Shown piece by piece: positions 1-9,269 of a stretch of 64,000 nt of DNA (position 1 is its first letter; every line of letters starts with the position of its first letter). The DNA is from a virus (Duplodnaviria > Caudoviricetes). Below the pieces are notes generated by a model. It saw only the letters and a program-made list of their open reading frames with translations, did no database searches and was not told the DNA's origin. Where the stretch lies: IMG/VR virus record IMGVR_UViG_3300023263_000002, positions 1 to 64,000 of that record; one strand, 5' to 3'. The position numbers and the translations under genes were made by a program.

Positions 1-288
1 TAGTGCAAGTCTGCTGTTATCAATACGCTCATGGGAGTCTCCTAGAGGCAGGGCTTGTATCCCCGTGGGCAGTTCTCAGTCATACAACCATCGAACAGCG
101 GAGCCTTGGTATCTCGATTACAGGTGGAGCACACCTGGTCGCGGCGCTTACCGGTGTAGCTTCTCGCCTCTGCGCGGTCAACTACAAATTGATCTCCGGA
201 TACAACGTACGCATCAAGCATTCGCTGCACCTCCATGATGGCACCTTTCTCTGTAGTCTGGCGCCCCATCCAGATGTCTACAAGAACC

Positions 289-948
289 CTATGCCGCTTC
301 AGGCGGCGTGCCTTCGACGACTCGCGTGCCGGGCTCCGTGCCTTCCCCTGAGATGTATTCGACGACTCGTTCATATTTCTTCACCATCTCCATCTTATCA
401 GGCGCCCGAACCTGTAAGCACGGAACGCCCTCCTCGATAAACATATCGACACATCCGGCGCGGTCGTCGAATGCCAGTATAAGGTTGTAGCCCTTCTCCT
501 TCAACATGCGAACCATCTCGCACTTAACCGCGTGATCAGCACGGTAGTCACCGTCCGCTCGCATCAGAAGCATATCGTAGCCGATCACACTCGGGCCCAA
601 GGTGGTCAGCCATTGATCAGTATCGCTGCGGATCCGCTCAGGCCGGCCGGTCATCAGAATGATCGTAAAGCCCTTCTTCCAAAACATGTGCAGCAGCAAC
701 AGGTTATGGACGATCGGAAGGTCGGCGCCAGCACCAGCGAAGAAAGCATCCCAATCAGGCTTCCCTTCCAAAAGGTGCAGCCGGTGAGAGCAGTCAGCGA
801 TACAGCCATCCAAATCAAAAATAACGCTCTGGCCATCACCAGGAGTATTCAAATACTTCGTGAGCATGTCGTCTCCTCTTGTTACACTATCACAATCTTC
901 ACCACATGGACCGTAGTCATGAACGTCTTGGACACTACAGTTACACAT
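289..948 (-). CDS. HAD-superfamily phosphatase (polynucleotide kinase 3'-phosphatase-like domain)
   Basis: DLDGCIAD motif I, TGR motif II, FDDR motif IV; alternative start at 867 with AGAGGAG RBS. Confidence 0.8.
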   Translation of the reverse strand: MCNCSVQDVHDYGPCGEDCDSVTRGDDMLTKYLNTPGDGQSVIFDLDGCIADCSHRLHLLEGKPDWDAFFAGAGADLPIVHNLLLLHMFWKKGFTIILMTGRPERIRSDTDQWLTTLGPSVIGYDMLLMRADGDYRADHAVKCEMVRMLKEKGYNLILAFDDRAGCVDMFIEEGVPCLQVRAPDKMEMVKKYERVVEYISGEGTEPGTRVVEGTPPEAA

Positions 949-959
949 GATACAACTCC

Positions 960-1484
960 TTACAATCGAATTCGTCTGATCCTGCCATCGTACTCAGAAG
1001 TCACGATGTCGTGAAACCTGAAGATGCTGCAATGCATATGGACAACGTCCACTCGAAAGATTCGTGTATTTCGCATCCAATGCTCAGGCATGTGCGATCT
1101 CTTCGCTACCCACAAGACGGGCATCCAGTTCTGCTTCACAATCAGCACTGGCTTGAGCCCGTACGACCTAGCCTCGTTCTGAGTCTTCTGCCAGAACGCA
1201 CCTAGGACACCTTTGCCCTTCACAAAGAAGGCAGCGAAGTCTAAGCTCTTGTAGAACTTCAACTCGAAGTAGAATTTATTCGTCAGGTCGTTTCCTTCTG
1301 GCGCCACTGAACAGATATCACCTGACTGCCTGAAGAGCGATCCCTTTTTCTTGAACACTGTCGCCCGACCGCCGGACATCGCAGTGCGCCAGAACACGTC
1401 CTTCTTCTCTCCTGCCGTAACCCATTCGGACAGCTTCACGCATACCTCGCGTTCGAACGCTGCGCCCTTCCCTTGACCGACCAT
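960..1484 (-). CDS. Holliday junction resolvase, Hjc-like PD-(D/E)XK nuclease
   Basis: KGAAFEREV N-terminus, GDI...FELK catalytic pattern. Confidence 0.75.
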   Translation of the reverse strand: MVGQGKGAAFEREVCVKLSEWVTAGEKKDVFWRTAMSGGRATVFKKKGSLFRQSGDICSVAPEGNDLTNKFYFELKFYKSLDFAAFFVKGKGVLGAFWQKTQNEARSYGLKPVLIVKQNWMPVLWVAKRSHMPEHWMRNTRIFRVDVVHMHCSIFRFHDIVTSEYDGRIRRIRL

Positions 1485-1597
1485 TGAGCCCCTTTGAATC
1501 TCTGCGAGCGACTGGCACAACGCCTCTCTCCGCTGCTGCCATAGCGGAGAGCCTGAACGTCCGCGAGTCTATGCCAGATTCGCGGAGCATCGATGGA

Positions 1598-2086
1598 TCA
1601 CTTTTCGTCTATGATCCGAGTACCGAAATACTGGCCTGTGCTCCGGACATGAATAATCGGAGCGAAGATCCAGAAGTACGAAACAGCACCATCAAAGTCG
1701 TGCCAAACTTCAACCTTGACGTTGTGCTTCTCCGTACTCATACCTCTGAACAGACCAGCCATCGTGTTGAAATCGAACCGTGGCTGGTTCGCGCCCTTGC
1801 TCTTGAAGTTGATCTTCTTCGCAGCCTTAGGACCTACCTTATCAAGCTCGGCGAGGAAGAGCCACACGCCGTGTCTCTTCATATCAAATTCTGTCGTGAA
1901 GCCACGCTGGCTGAGATCGACTTTGTAAGAAGTCTGCATCTGCTGATTACTGATGATGGTGAGCCTCGGCCATGCGGTTGTATCAGGATCGTCCGTGTGC
2001 TTTTTCACAACAGACCATTCTGCATCTAACTGCATGTCACCAAGAGTGGCGTTCGGCGTTGGTCTCTTTGCTGCTGGCATCACCAA
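1598..2086 (-). CDS. hypothetical protein
   Basis: 162-aa ORF in a tightly packed minus-strand operon. Confidence 0.55.
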   Translation of the reverse strand: MVMPAAKRPTPNATLGDMQLDAEWSVVKKHTDDPDTTAWPRLTIISNQQMQTSYKVDLSQRGFTTEFDMKRHGVWLFLAELDKVGPKAAKKINFKSKGANQPRFDFNTMAGLFRGMSTEKHNVKVEVWHDFDGAVSYFWIFAPIIHVRSTGQYFGTRIIDEK

Positions 2087-2337
2087 TCCTCTAAGGGTTC
2101 TTCGTCGTAGTCACCGTCATCTTCGTTCGGCCACAGCGTGAAAATGTACTCCTCGTTGTCCCGATGGCTCAGCACCACGCCCATGTTGAGCTTGATGCTA
2201 ATTCCTCCGGCACTGTTTGTCCAGCCAGCACCAATCTTGGCTGCACCTTTCTTATCGCGATCGCGCGACTTCATCTTCAATATGAAGTCAGGTGGATCGT
2301 TGGTCTTCACCTTCTTCTTCAGTTTCGGCCTACGCAC
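2080..2337 (-). CDS. hypothetical protein
   Basis: 85-aa ORF with KIGAGW motif, directly after recA. Confidence 0.6.
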   Translation of the reverse strand: MRRPKLKKKVKTNDPPDFILKMKSRDRDKKGAAKIGAGWTNSAGGISIKLNMGVVLSHRDNEEYIFTLWPNEDDGDYDEEPLEDW

Positions 2338-2339
2338 GA

Positions 2340-3356
2340 CTACCTCCTGTACTTGCTACGCTTCGGCATGAAGGAAGATTCGATCTCGTACCATCGCGCA
2401 GTCACCACCTTATGGATTCGCTTGACTGCACGAGCGTATTCAGCATCGTCCATCTGGTCGAGGCTTTTCAGGTACGGCTTGATATCGTCCTTCTCGATAT
2501 CAAGAAGGTCGAGGGCTTTCGTCGTCTTCAACCATTCGAGGCAGGAAGGGATATCATCAATCCCGTACCCAAATGACAGATTGAACTCAGCTTCTCGAAA
2601 CGGAAGGCTGACTTTGTTCTTATCAACCTTCGCCTTCAGCGCGATACCGATCGGACGCTCTACACCTTTGATCGTCTTCTTCAGCTGACCCTTCTGCGCG
2701 AGGACCAAGGTCTGGCTGGAGTAGAAATCGAGTGCGCGACCGCCGGAGCGAGTCCAGGTCCGGCCGAACGTAACTCCGATGTTGTCTCGGATCTGCGATA
2801 CGATGAGAAGCGTGACTTTCGACTTCTCCATCTCGCGGATTAGGCGCCGGAACATCTCCGACATCTTCTTCGCCTTGGCTGCTCCAAAAGATCCCTTGTC
2901 AATATCGCGATCCATCTCGTCGCGATCAGACAGAGAATCGAGCGAGTCCACGATGTACAGAATAGGATACTTCTTCGCCTGCTTGAGCACCTCGGTGAGG
3001 TCTTCGAATAGGTCCTCGACTGTGCTCAACTTATCACCGAAATCTACTCGGTCCAGAGGCATTCCCAGCGCCTCAGCGTACTGGGGATCAAATGCAGCTT
3101 CGCACTCCCGGTACATGATTTTTCCATCATCATGCTTCGCGACAAAATTAGCGCAAGCCTCAATGCAAAGTAGACTTTTTCCGGTGGCCTTGTCTCCGAT
3201 GATATTCGCAACTCGATTTTCAATCCACCCTCCTCCAAGTGCTAGGTCTAGCATCTTCGAGCCGGTAGGGATAAACGAGAGGCTCGTTTTAGGAGCGGAG
3301 AAATACGACCCGCCCTCCTTAACACGCTCCCGCATCAGACGTTCGCGCTCTACCAT
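2340..3356 (-). CDS. recA: RecA/UvsX-like recombinase
   Basis: IPTGS..LD.ALGGG, Walker A GDKATGKS, Walker B IVDS, SQIR, SGG.AL.FY, KNKV; AGGAG RBS. Confidence 0.95.
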   Translation of the reverse strand: MVERERLMRERVKEGGSYFSAPKTSLSFIPTGSKMLDLALGGGWIENRVANIIGDKATGKSLLCIEACANFVAKHDDGKIMYRECEAAFDPQYAEALGMPLDRVDFGDKLSTVEDLFEDLTEVLKQAKKYPILYIVDSLDSLSDRDEMDRDIDKGSFGAAKAKKMSEMFRRLIREMEKSKVTLLIVSQIRDNIGVTFGRTWTRSGGRALDFYSSQTLVLAQKGQLKKTIKGVERPIGIALKAKVDKNKVSLPFREAEFNLSFGYGIDDIPSCLEWLKTTKALDLLDIEKDDIKPYLKSLDQMDDAEYARAVKRIHKVVTARWYEIESSFMPKRSKYRR

Positions 3357-3372
3357 TCTAACTCCTGTGTGC

Positions 3373-3406
3373 AAAAAGTCCCGGGAAGACTGAGCTCCCC
3401 AGGACT
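3373..3406 (-). terminator. intrinsic terminator between SSB and recA
   Basis: minus strand AGTCCTGGGG...CCCGGGACT hairpin followed by TTTTT. Confidence 0.55.
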
Positions 3407-3421
3407 GATTTCAGCTAAAGC

Positions 3422-4729
3422 CTAACGCCCGAATCTTTTCGCGCGTGCCGACTTTCCTCCAGATGACTTACTCTCCTTAGAAGAGGATTTCTTTGCAGGG
3501 CGCTCGTCCTCCTCCTCGTCCTCGTCATCCTCATCTTCATCGTCGTCGTCGCGGCTGCGTGAAGACTTTTTAGAGGAAGTTTTGCCAGCCTTTTTCTTAG
3601 GCTGCTCATCCTCATCCTCTTCATCTTCGTCGTCATCCTCGTCGTCGTCATCGCGACTACGCTTGGAGGATTTCTTCTTCGGACGTTCATCTTCCTCGTC
3701 CTCATCATCATCGTCATCATCGTCCCGAGAAGACTTTTTGGAGGACTTCTTCTTCGGACGCTCGTCCTCCTCCTCATCCTCATCGTCGTCATCATCACGA
3801 CGCTTGGCCGGCTTCTTCTTTTTGGCGGGACGCTCATCTTCGTCCTCGTCTTCATCTTCATCGAACGGAGGATCCTCGTCCTCATCGTCCTCGTCCTCAT
3901 CGTCGTCATCGTCACGACGCTTCTTCTTGTCGGTTTTCTTCTCAGCCTTGCCGGCCTTTTTCTTCTTCGGACGCTCGTCTTCGTCCTCGTCCTCATCTTC
4001 GTCTTCATCGGTCTCCGGCTCGGCGCCAGAGATGATAGCCTTCAGATGATCGTAGCTGTAATACTGCAGGACCGAAGGGATAGGCGTCTCGCGGATCTGC
4101 TCAAGGATCTGATCCTGCACTTCCTCGTCATCAGAGATCGGGCTAGGATCGCTATCGATCCGGTGGCCGAAGTACTTCGTGTTGAGAGCCTGGCCCCGCT
4201 TCTGGATCGTGATGTCTCGGCCATCATCCGGATGGTCAATCGCAACCACCTTGCCCGAACGCTTGTGCGTGCACAGAGCAGCGATCGCCTGATCCATCGA
4301 CCAACTCATGTCAATAATCTTCGGACCTGTGCTCTCATCATCACGATCGATCGCCCAGAAAAGGTAACGCTGCTTCGCGGATAGCTGCGCAGCCTCCTCC
4401 TTGTCGCCGGCATCGCGAGCGTCTTTGGCGGCATCGCAGATCGGGCACTTCTCCTTCTTCATCTGCGCCGGGCAAAGGTACGTGCCGTTGTTGGCGCCGA
4501 CATAAGGATGGACAAAAACCTCCAGCCCGTAGTATTCAGCGTTGTCCCAAGTCGGGGGCAGGATGCGGAAGGTATTGTCGCCGTTCTTGAATTTGAACAG
4601 TTCAACGCCGTTCTTGAAGATGCCGTCAAAGCGGCTGCCGGTCTGTTCGGCCTGTCGCTTCAGCCGATCAGCACTTGTGGCCTTGTAAACAAAGCCACTA
4701 CCTTTTTTCTTCTTCTTGTCCTTCGCCAT
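3422..4729 (-). CDS. single-stranded DNA-binding protein (T4 gp32-like) with long acidic/basic disordered tail
   Basis: FRILPP, H..C...CPIC zinc motif, DG.DI.I.K.G; position between UvsY-like gene and recA. Confidence 0.75.
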   Translation of the reverse strand: MAKDKKKKKGSGFVYKATSADRLKRQAEQTGSRFDGIFKNGVELFKFKNGDNTFRILPPTWDNAEYYGLEVFVHPYVGANNGTYLCPAQMKKEKCPICDAAKDARDAGDKEEAAQLSAKQRYLFWAIDRDDESTGPKIIDMSWSMDQAIAALCTHKRSGKVVAIDHPDDGRDITIQKRGQALNTKYFGHRIDSDPSPISDDEEVQDQILEQIRETPIPSVLQYYSYDHLKAIISGAEPETDEDEDEDEDEDERPKKKKAGKAEKKTDKKKRRDDDDDEDEDDEDEDPPFDEDEDEDEDERPAKKKKPAKRRDDDDDEDEEEDERPKKKSSKKSSRDDDDDDDEDEEDERPKKKSSKRSRDDDDEDDDEDEEDEDEQPKKKAGKTSSKKSSRSRDDDDEDEDDEDEEEDERPAKKSSSKESKSSGGKSARAKRFGR

Positions 4730-4756
4730 TTAGGATACTCTCCTTTGAGTTACAAC

Positions 4757-5305
4757 TTAAGCGCGCCGGGCGAGCCGTTCCTTAGTCGCACGCTTTACAT
4801 CTTCTGCGCGTGCGGCTCTCTCACCACGCTCCGCCTCGTTACCACTGTAGTAATTCGAGATGTACAACGCCACCAGATCCTTCAAGACGTAGGACCGCTG
4901 CGTGAATGCTTCCTTCAAGGTTGTTAGGTCGCGCACACGTGCTTCAGCATCCATCAGAATCTGAGTAGCTTCGATGACATCTGCGTTGAGAATTTTGCGG
5001 TTCTCAACAGTAGTCTCAGTTAACTTTTCTCCTGCCTCCTTTGCCTCCCCACGAATTGTACCATCGACGCGAGCCTCGATAGTTTTAAGGTAGTGCTTCG
5101 CAGCATCGCGTCTCGATACTTCGAGACTTAGACGCTTCGACACTTCATAGTAGGACGGGACCTGACTTTGGAGCTCCTCCTCGAGAGCGTGCTCGTCAAT
5201 CTGTAGGCCCTCTTCCTGAACGTCGATGAAGCGGATGTGCTCCGCTGGAACTATCGGCATCCGAAACTCGAAGCCAGCCTCGGACACCCTTTCGCGTTTA
5301 GCCAT
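4757..5305 (-). CDS. UvsY-like recombination mediator (coiled coil)
   Basis: helical protein with K.TE...E and AF.QR...L pattern; next to SSB and recA. Confidence 0.55.
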   Translation of the reverse strand: MAKRERVSEAGFEFRMPIVPAEHIRFIDVQEEGLQIDEHALEEELQSQVPSYYEVSKRLSLEVSRRDAAKHYLKTIEARVDGTIRGEAKEAGEKLTETTVENRKILNADVIEATQILMDAEARVRDLTTLKEAFTQRSYVLKDLVALYISNYYSGNEAERGERAARAEDVKRATKERLARRA

Positions 5306-5343
5306 TAGACACCTCACACATGTTACATATCGCTACCGAGAAA

Positions 5344-6276
5344 CTACTGAAGCAAGATGCGCCCTAGTGATAACAAGAGTGGGGCGAGCTTCTCTGACTG
5401 ATTGTATGTACCCTCGAACGCTTCGAGGATCGCCAGCAGTCGCCCAGCGTCCTTATCAGACTTCGTGTTCTTGAGAACTGCTGCAACGTAGTTACAGACA
5501 ACGATCCGAACACCCTCAGGTTGCTCTTCCTTCAGCCGGCTGACAATTTCCATCGCTTTCGCCCAGGAGCCGCCCTTCCCAGTCAGGAAGCGACACAATT
5601 CTATCGTCGCATCAGACGCGATCGCTGATTTCAGAATGTCAGCAGCCTCCTTCCGAGTCTTGGAATCGGCACAGGCATCGAGGTTCACAAGCGCCTGCCT
5701 AGGAGACCCACGAGCCTCAGCAACAATCACCTCGAGGACGTCATCAGATATCTTCAGACCTTCGCCCTTAGCTGCGCGTTTAACAACAGCACGAATCTGA
5801 TCAGACGAAAGCGGCGCGAGGCCAATGGACGTGCAACGGGTCTTGATTGTGGCTGGAACCTTATCAAGCTCTGTTGTGCATATGAACCAGTACACGTGCG
5901 ATGGCGGTTCTTCCAACGCCTTCAACAGCGAGTTCCACGCTGCCTTGGAAAGCATATGAGCCTCATCAAGGATAACAGCTTTCCTGCCTTTACCTTGACC
6001 CATCGGCAGGTATCGAAGCGTGTCCTGAATATCGCGAGCGTTGTCCACTCCGTTATTTGTAGCTGCGTCCACCTCCATGATGTATCCGGGCTCGCAGCCA
6101 ACCTCAGCAGCAATGATTCTAGCCAAGGTCGTCTTGCCTGTGCCTGACGGACCATGGAACAGAAAGGTCCTGGAGGTCTTCCGCTGAAGGATGCTCTGGA
6201 GAGACTTTAAAACTGACGTGTGGCCAACAACATCCTCAAAGGCGCTAGGACGGTATTTCGCGTGCAATGATGTCAT
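5344..6276 (-). CDS. dnaX: clamp loader, DNA polymerase III gamma/tau-like AAA+ ATPase
   Basis: KYRP..F.DVVG, GPSGTGKTT, DEAHMLS, LLKALEEPP, TIKTRC. Confidence 0.92.
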   Translation of the reverse strand: MTSLHAKYRPSAFEDVVGHTSVLKSLQSILQRKTSRTFLFHGPSGTGKTTLARIIAAEVGCEPGYIMEVDAATNNGVDNARDIQDTLRYLPMGQGKGRKAVILDEAHMLSKAAWNSLLKALEEPPSHVYWFICTTELDKVPATIKTRCTSIGLAPLSSDQIRAVVKRAAKGEGLKISDDVLEVIVAEARGSPRQALVNLDACADSKTRKEAADILKSAIASDATIELCRFLTGKGGSWAKAMEIVSRLKEEQPEGVRIVVCNYVAAVLKNTKSDKDAGRLLAILEAFEGTYNQSEKLAPLLLSLGRILLQ

Positions 6277-6277
6277 C

Positions 6278-6595
6278 TTACAACCTAATTCGCGTTGGAG
6301 TAGATTTTAATCGAATTCGTTCTATCTTCTTGATGGGCTTAGTCGGATTCTTCATCACGTCGTCGAAGCTGATCCAAGAGCGGCCTTCTCCAGACACCTG
6401 CCTCCAACACTGACGTAAACAGAGCCCCATGTCCTTATCGCGGCCGTAGTAGTATACCCCATTCGACTCAGCTGCCACGAACCAGGTTCCGTCTCTTGCC
6501 TGCCAGAAGCCGCTCACGATAAACTTCGTCTTCGCGAGCTTGGCCAGGAACTGATCCATAGTCAACTTATCGTCGAGCGACATACTACCTCCCAA
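6278..6595 (-). CDS. hypothetical protein
   Basis: ORF coupled between polymerase and dnaX. Confidence 0.55.
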   Translation of the reverse strand: MGGSMSLDDKLTMDQFLAKLAKTKFIVSGFWQARDGTWFVAAESNGVYYYGRDKDMGLCLRQCWRQVSGEGRSWISFDDVMKNPTKPIKKIERIRLKSTPTRIRL

Positions 6596-9158
6596 TACTA
6601 CCGTTCCAATTGTCGGAGAAGTATTCTCCTACGTTCTCGATGTTGGCCCAGTTCGTGCCAACGGACATCTCAACGCTCATTGGTACAATATGAACCCACT
6701 CATAGGATGAGTTGAGCATCACCGAGATGACCGTTTCAGCGTTCCGATCAACAGCCTTCTTTGGCCAGATGAATGTCAGGTCGTCATGGATCTCAAAGGT
6801 CGGAATGAACCGATCCTCATCAAGGTCGGTGAGGCGGATCAGAGCATCGAGAACGATAACCGATTCGTCTGATTGGATCGGAGTGTTGATGATCTCCGTT
6901 GGCGCGACAGGTGCGCGACGCCGGAACCCAGACAACCCCGTCACGTATCCATTCTTGCGATAAGACTCTCGTGTCTTCTTCTGCCACTTCGCAATCCCCG
7001 GGAACTCCTCCTTGAATTCATCTCCCAGGGCGTATCCGATAGCTTCAGGGACACCTAACCCTGATGATGTCGTCCGAGCGCCAGCGCCAAAGAAGAGTGG
7101 GAACACCAACTTGTTCTTGGACTGCTGGCGGTAGTGCTTCGCCAGCTTCGTATCCTTCGCTACTTTCTTCGCCCCTTCCTTGATCCACTGCGGATGCCTA
7201 CGAATGATTCTCTCCATCCAGTCCGTGTGGATATCATATCGCTCGTGGAAATACTTAATCAAGGTGGCGTCTTTTGATTCCATCGCGACGTTGCGAGCCT
7301 GGATACCACCAAAGTCAAACGCGACCACGACCAGGTCGCCACCTGGCTCGATGATCTCACGTACTTCCTTACCTTCGTACTTCGGCCAGTTCTGCGAGTT
7401 CGGCGAGTCCGAAGATGTCCGCCAGGTACGGGTCGTTGTCGTAGATACGATCGGATGGAACCGATTGCCGAACAGGACAGGGGATCCTGGCAGAGCAGCC
7501 GAGACGTATGTCGAGTGCAGCTTCGCAATCTTGCGGCGCTTCAGGATGAGAGTAGCTTCCTCACCCAATCCCTTGATGGCATTCTCATCAGCTGACGTTA
7601 TCTCGAAGTGTCCGAGAATCTTGGTCATCAGCTTCTTCACGTCATCGTTGGATCCTGGCTTGAAAGGAGCCTGGAAGACCTTCTTGTATTTCTGCACAGA
7701 CTCAAATGCCTCGAGCTTCTTATCGATCACCGCGATCTGCGCCAAATACTTTTTGTCGAACTCTGCCGCCTTCTTTTCGTTTACAGGAACACCCTTAACC
7801 TGCATCTGCACAAGGGCGGCGACCCTCTCCAGATTGTGGTAATATTGTTCCAGGAGGTCGTCTGATTCCAGCCGCTCAGCTTGGGCCAGGTACACTAGCC
7901 GGTGGTACTTAGCATCAACTCCGTTGTAGAGCAGGACATCTTGGAGCGGCAGGTTGTCGAGGTTGGCCCGATCCAGAGAATTGATCGACTTGATTGAGAT
8001 GCCAAAATACTGAAGGCATAGACCATCGAGGCTCAGGACGCCTGATCCGTACCGTTCATCGAGTATGTAGGCCTGCGATTGCGAACAACCCCAGCGGCCG
8101 TTCTTCAGCGTATCCTTGCCAAACTTAGTCACACTCCACTCAAGCTCGAATGGCAGATTGTGCACAACCTTGATGCACTTCGACCCTTCGAGGAAGGCCA
8201 CGTAAGCAGCCTCCAACTTCTTGAGCTGTTTAGGCGTCCAGGGTGCCTGTTTGTGTCGCAGCGGGAACGCGATTGAGTGCCCACCCTTACCACTCAGTCC
8301 GACGGTTAGGATTTTGGATCCTTCTGCGAATGGCCGGAGACCGTTCGTCTCGTAGTCAAGACCAACAACTTTCTCCTGCTCAAACTTGTTGAGGTAGTAG
8401 ATGATCTTCTCAACGTCATCGTCGCCGTTGGAGCCGTCGATAAGTTTTACGCGCGACTCTGCGTCAAGCCTAGTGTGGACTTTCGGCTTGGGCAGTTTAT
8501 CAACTATCGAGAAGGCCCGCTTCAGATGCATCTCGAAAGCGAACTCTTCTTCAGAGCCGTAGTCTTTATCACCGCCCTTACCACCGCCCCCGCGAACGAT
8601 GAACGACGGGTGATACATCGGGAAGTACCAGCAGACGTGCTCACCGATTTTAACAGGCATGTGCCGGCCGCACCACATGGAGATTCCCGAGAGACCTGTC
8701 GCCCACGTCAAGGGAATGTTTCCGAAGCCGAATATCGCCTTGGGCTTCGACTTCTCGATGTCTTGCACGACGCTGGGCCGGCAGCACTCGATCTCGATGT
8801 AGGTTGGGGTCTTGTTCTCAGGTGGACGAGTCCTGACGACGTTGTTCCAGCGAAGCTTCTCCAACCACTTGGAAGGAATTCTATCGCGCAGCAGAGAGCC
8901 CGACACGCCTACAAAGTGCTTGCCGGTTCTGTCTTCTTCCTGGCCTGGAGCTTCACCTAGAATGTAAACCACTGGCGTGTCCGAGCCAGTCGGTTTCATA
9001 TGCGGATGCTTCAACCCGATAGCACTACTCAGTGGACAAGCGGCGCACTGTGCCTTGTGCAACATTTCCTTGGAGTATCGAGTAGCTGGCGTAGTCGCCT
9101 TGCTCTTCTTCTGTGAAGATTCTAATCCGACGAATCCAGTCATAGACGTAATGCCCAT
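6585..9158 (-). CDS. polA: family A DNA polymerase with N-terminal uracil-DNA glycosylase family 4-like domain and 3'-5' exonuclease
   Basis: C..CPL, GEAPG, YHPSF (UDG4); DYET, HN..FE, YN..D (exonuclease); R.SS..PN.QN.P, motifs A/B/C incl. IHDD. Confidence 0.92.
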   Translation of the reverse strand: MGITSMTGFVGLESSQKKSKATTPATRYSKEMLHKAQCAACPLSSAIGLKHPHMKPTGSDTPVVYILGEAPGQEEDRTGKHFVGVSGSLLRDRIPSKWLEKLRWNNVVRTRPPENKTPTYIEIECCRPSVVQDIEKSKPKAIFGFGNIPLTWATGLSGISMWCGRHMPVKIGEHVCWYFPMYHPSFIVRGGGGKGGDKDYGSEEEFAFEMHLKRAFSIVDKLPKPKVHTRLDAESRVKLIDGSNGDDDVEKIIYYLNKFEQEKVVGLDYETNGLRPFAEGSKILTVGLSGKGGHSIAFPLRHKQAPWTPKQLKKLEAAYVAFLEGSKCIKVVHNLPFELEWSVTKFGKDTLKNGRWGCSQSQAYILDERYGSGVLSLDGLCLQYFGISIKSINSLDRANLDNLPLQDVLLYNGVDAKYHRLVYLAQAERLESDDLLEQYYHNLERVAALVQMQVKGVPVNEKKAAEFDKKYLAQIAVIDKKLEAFESVQKYKKVFQAPFKPGSNDDVKKLMTKILGHFEITSADENAIKGLGEEATLILKRRKIAKLHSTYVSAALPGSPVLFGNRFHPIVSTTTTRTWRTSSDSPNSQNWPKYEGKEVREIIEPGGDLVVVAFDFGGIQARNVAMESKDATLIKYFHERYDIHTDWMERIIRRHPQWIKEGAKKVAKDTKLAKHYRQQSKNKLVFPLFFGAGARTTSSGLGVPEAIGYALGDEFKEEFPGIAKWQKKTRESYRKNGYVTGLSGFRRRAPVAPTEIINTPIQSDESVIVLDALIRLTDLDEDRFIPTFEIHDDLTFIWPKKAVDRNAETVISVMLNSSYEWVHIVPMSVEMSVGTNWANIENVGEYFSDNWNGSIGR

Positions 9159-9269
9159 GAAATCCCGTCCCCCGTGATCCTGTGAAACTAAGGCAGAGAC
9201 GGGCGGAACGCGATCCAGCTATGCTTCCCTGCCTGGATCGCGAATCGCCCGCTGCTCGCAGAGCTCGAC

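Noticed and set aside
3415-4049. Alternative-frame Arg/Thr/Met-rich and poly-Ser ORFs (likewise 12285-13042)
   Set aside because: Shadows of the low-complexity D/E/K coding tracts
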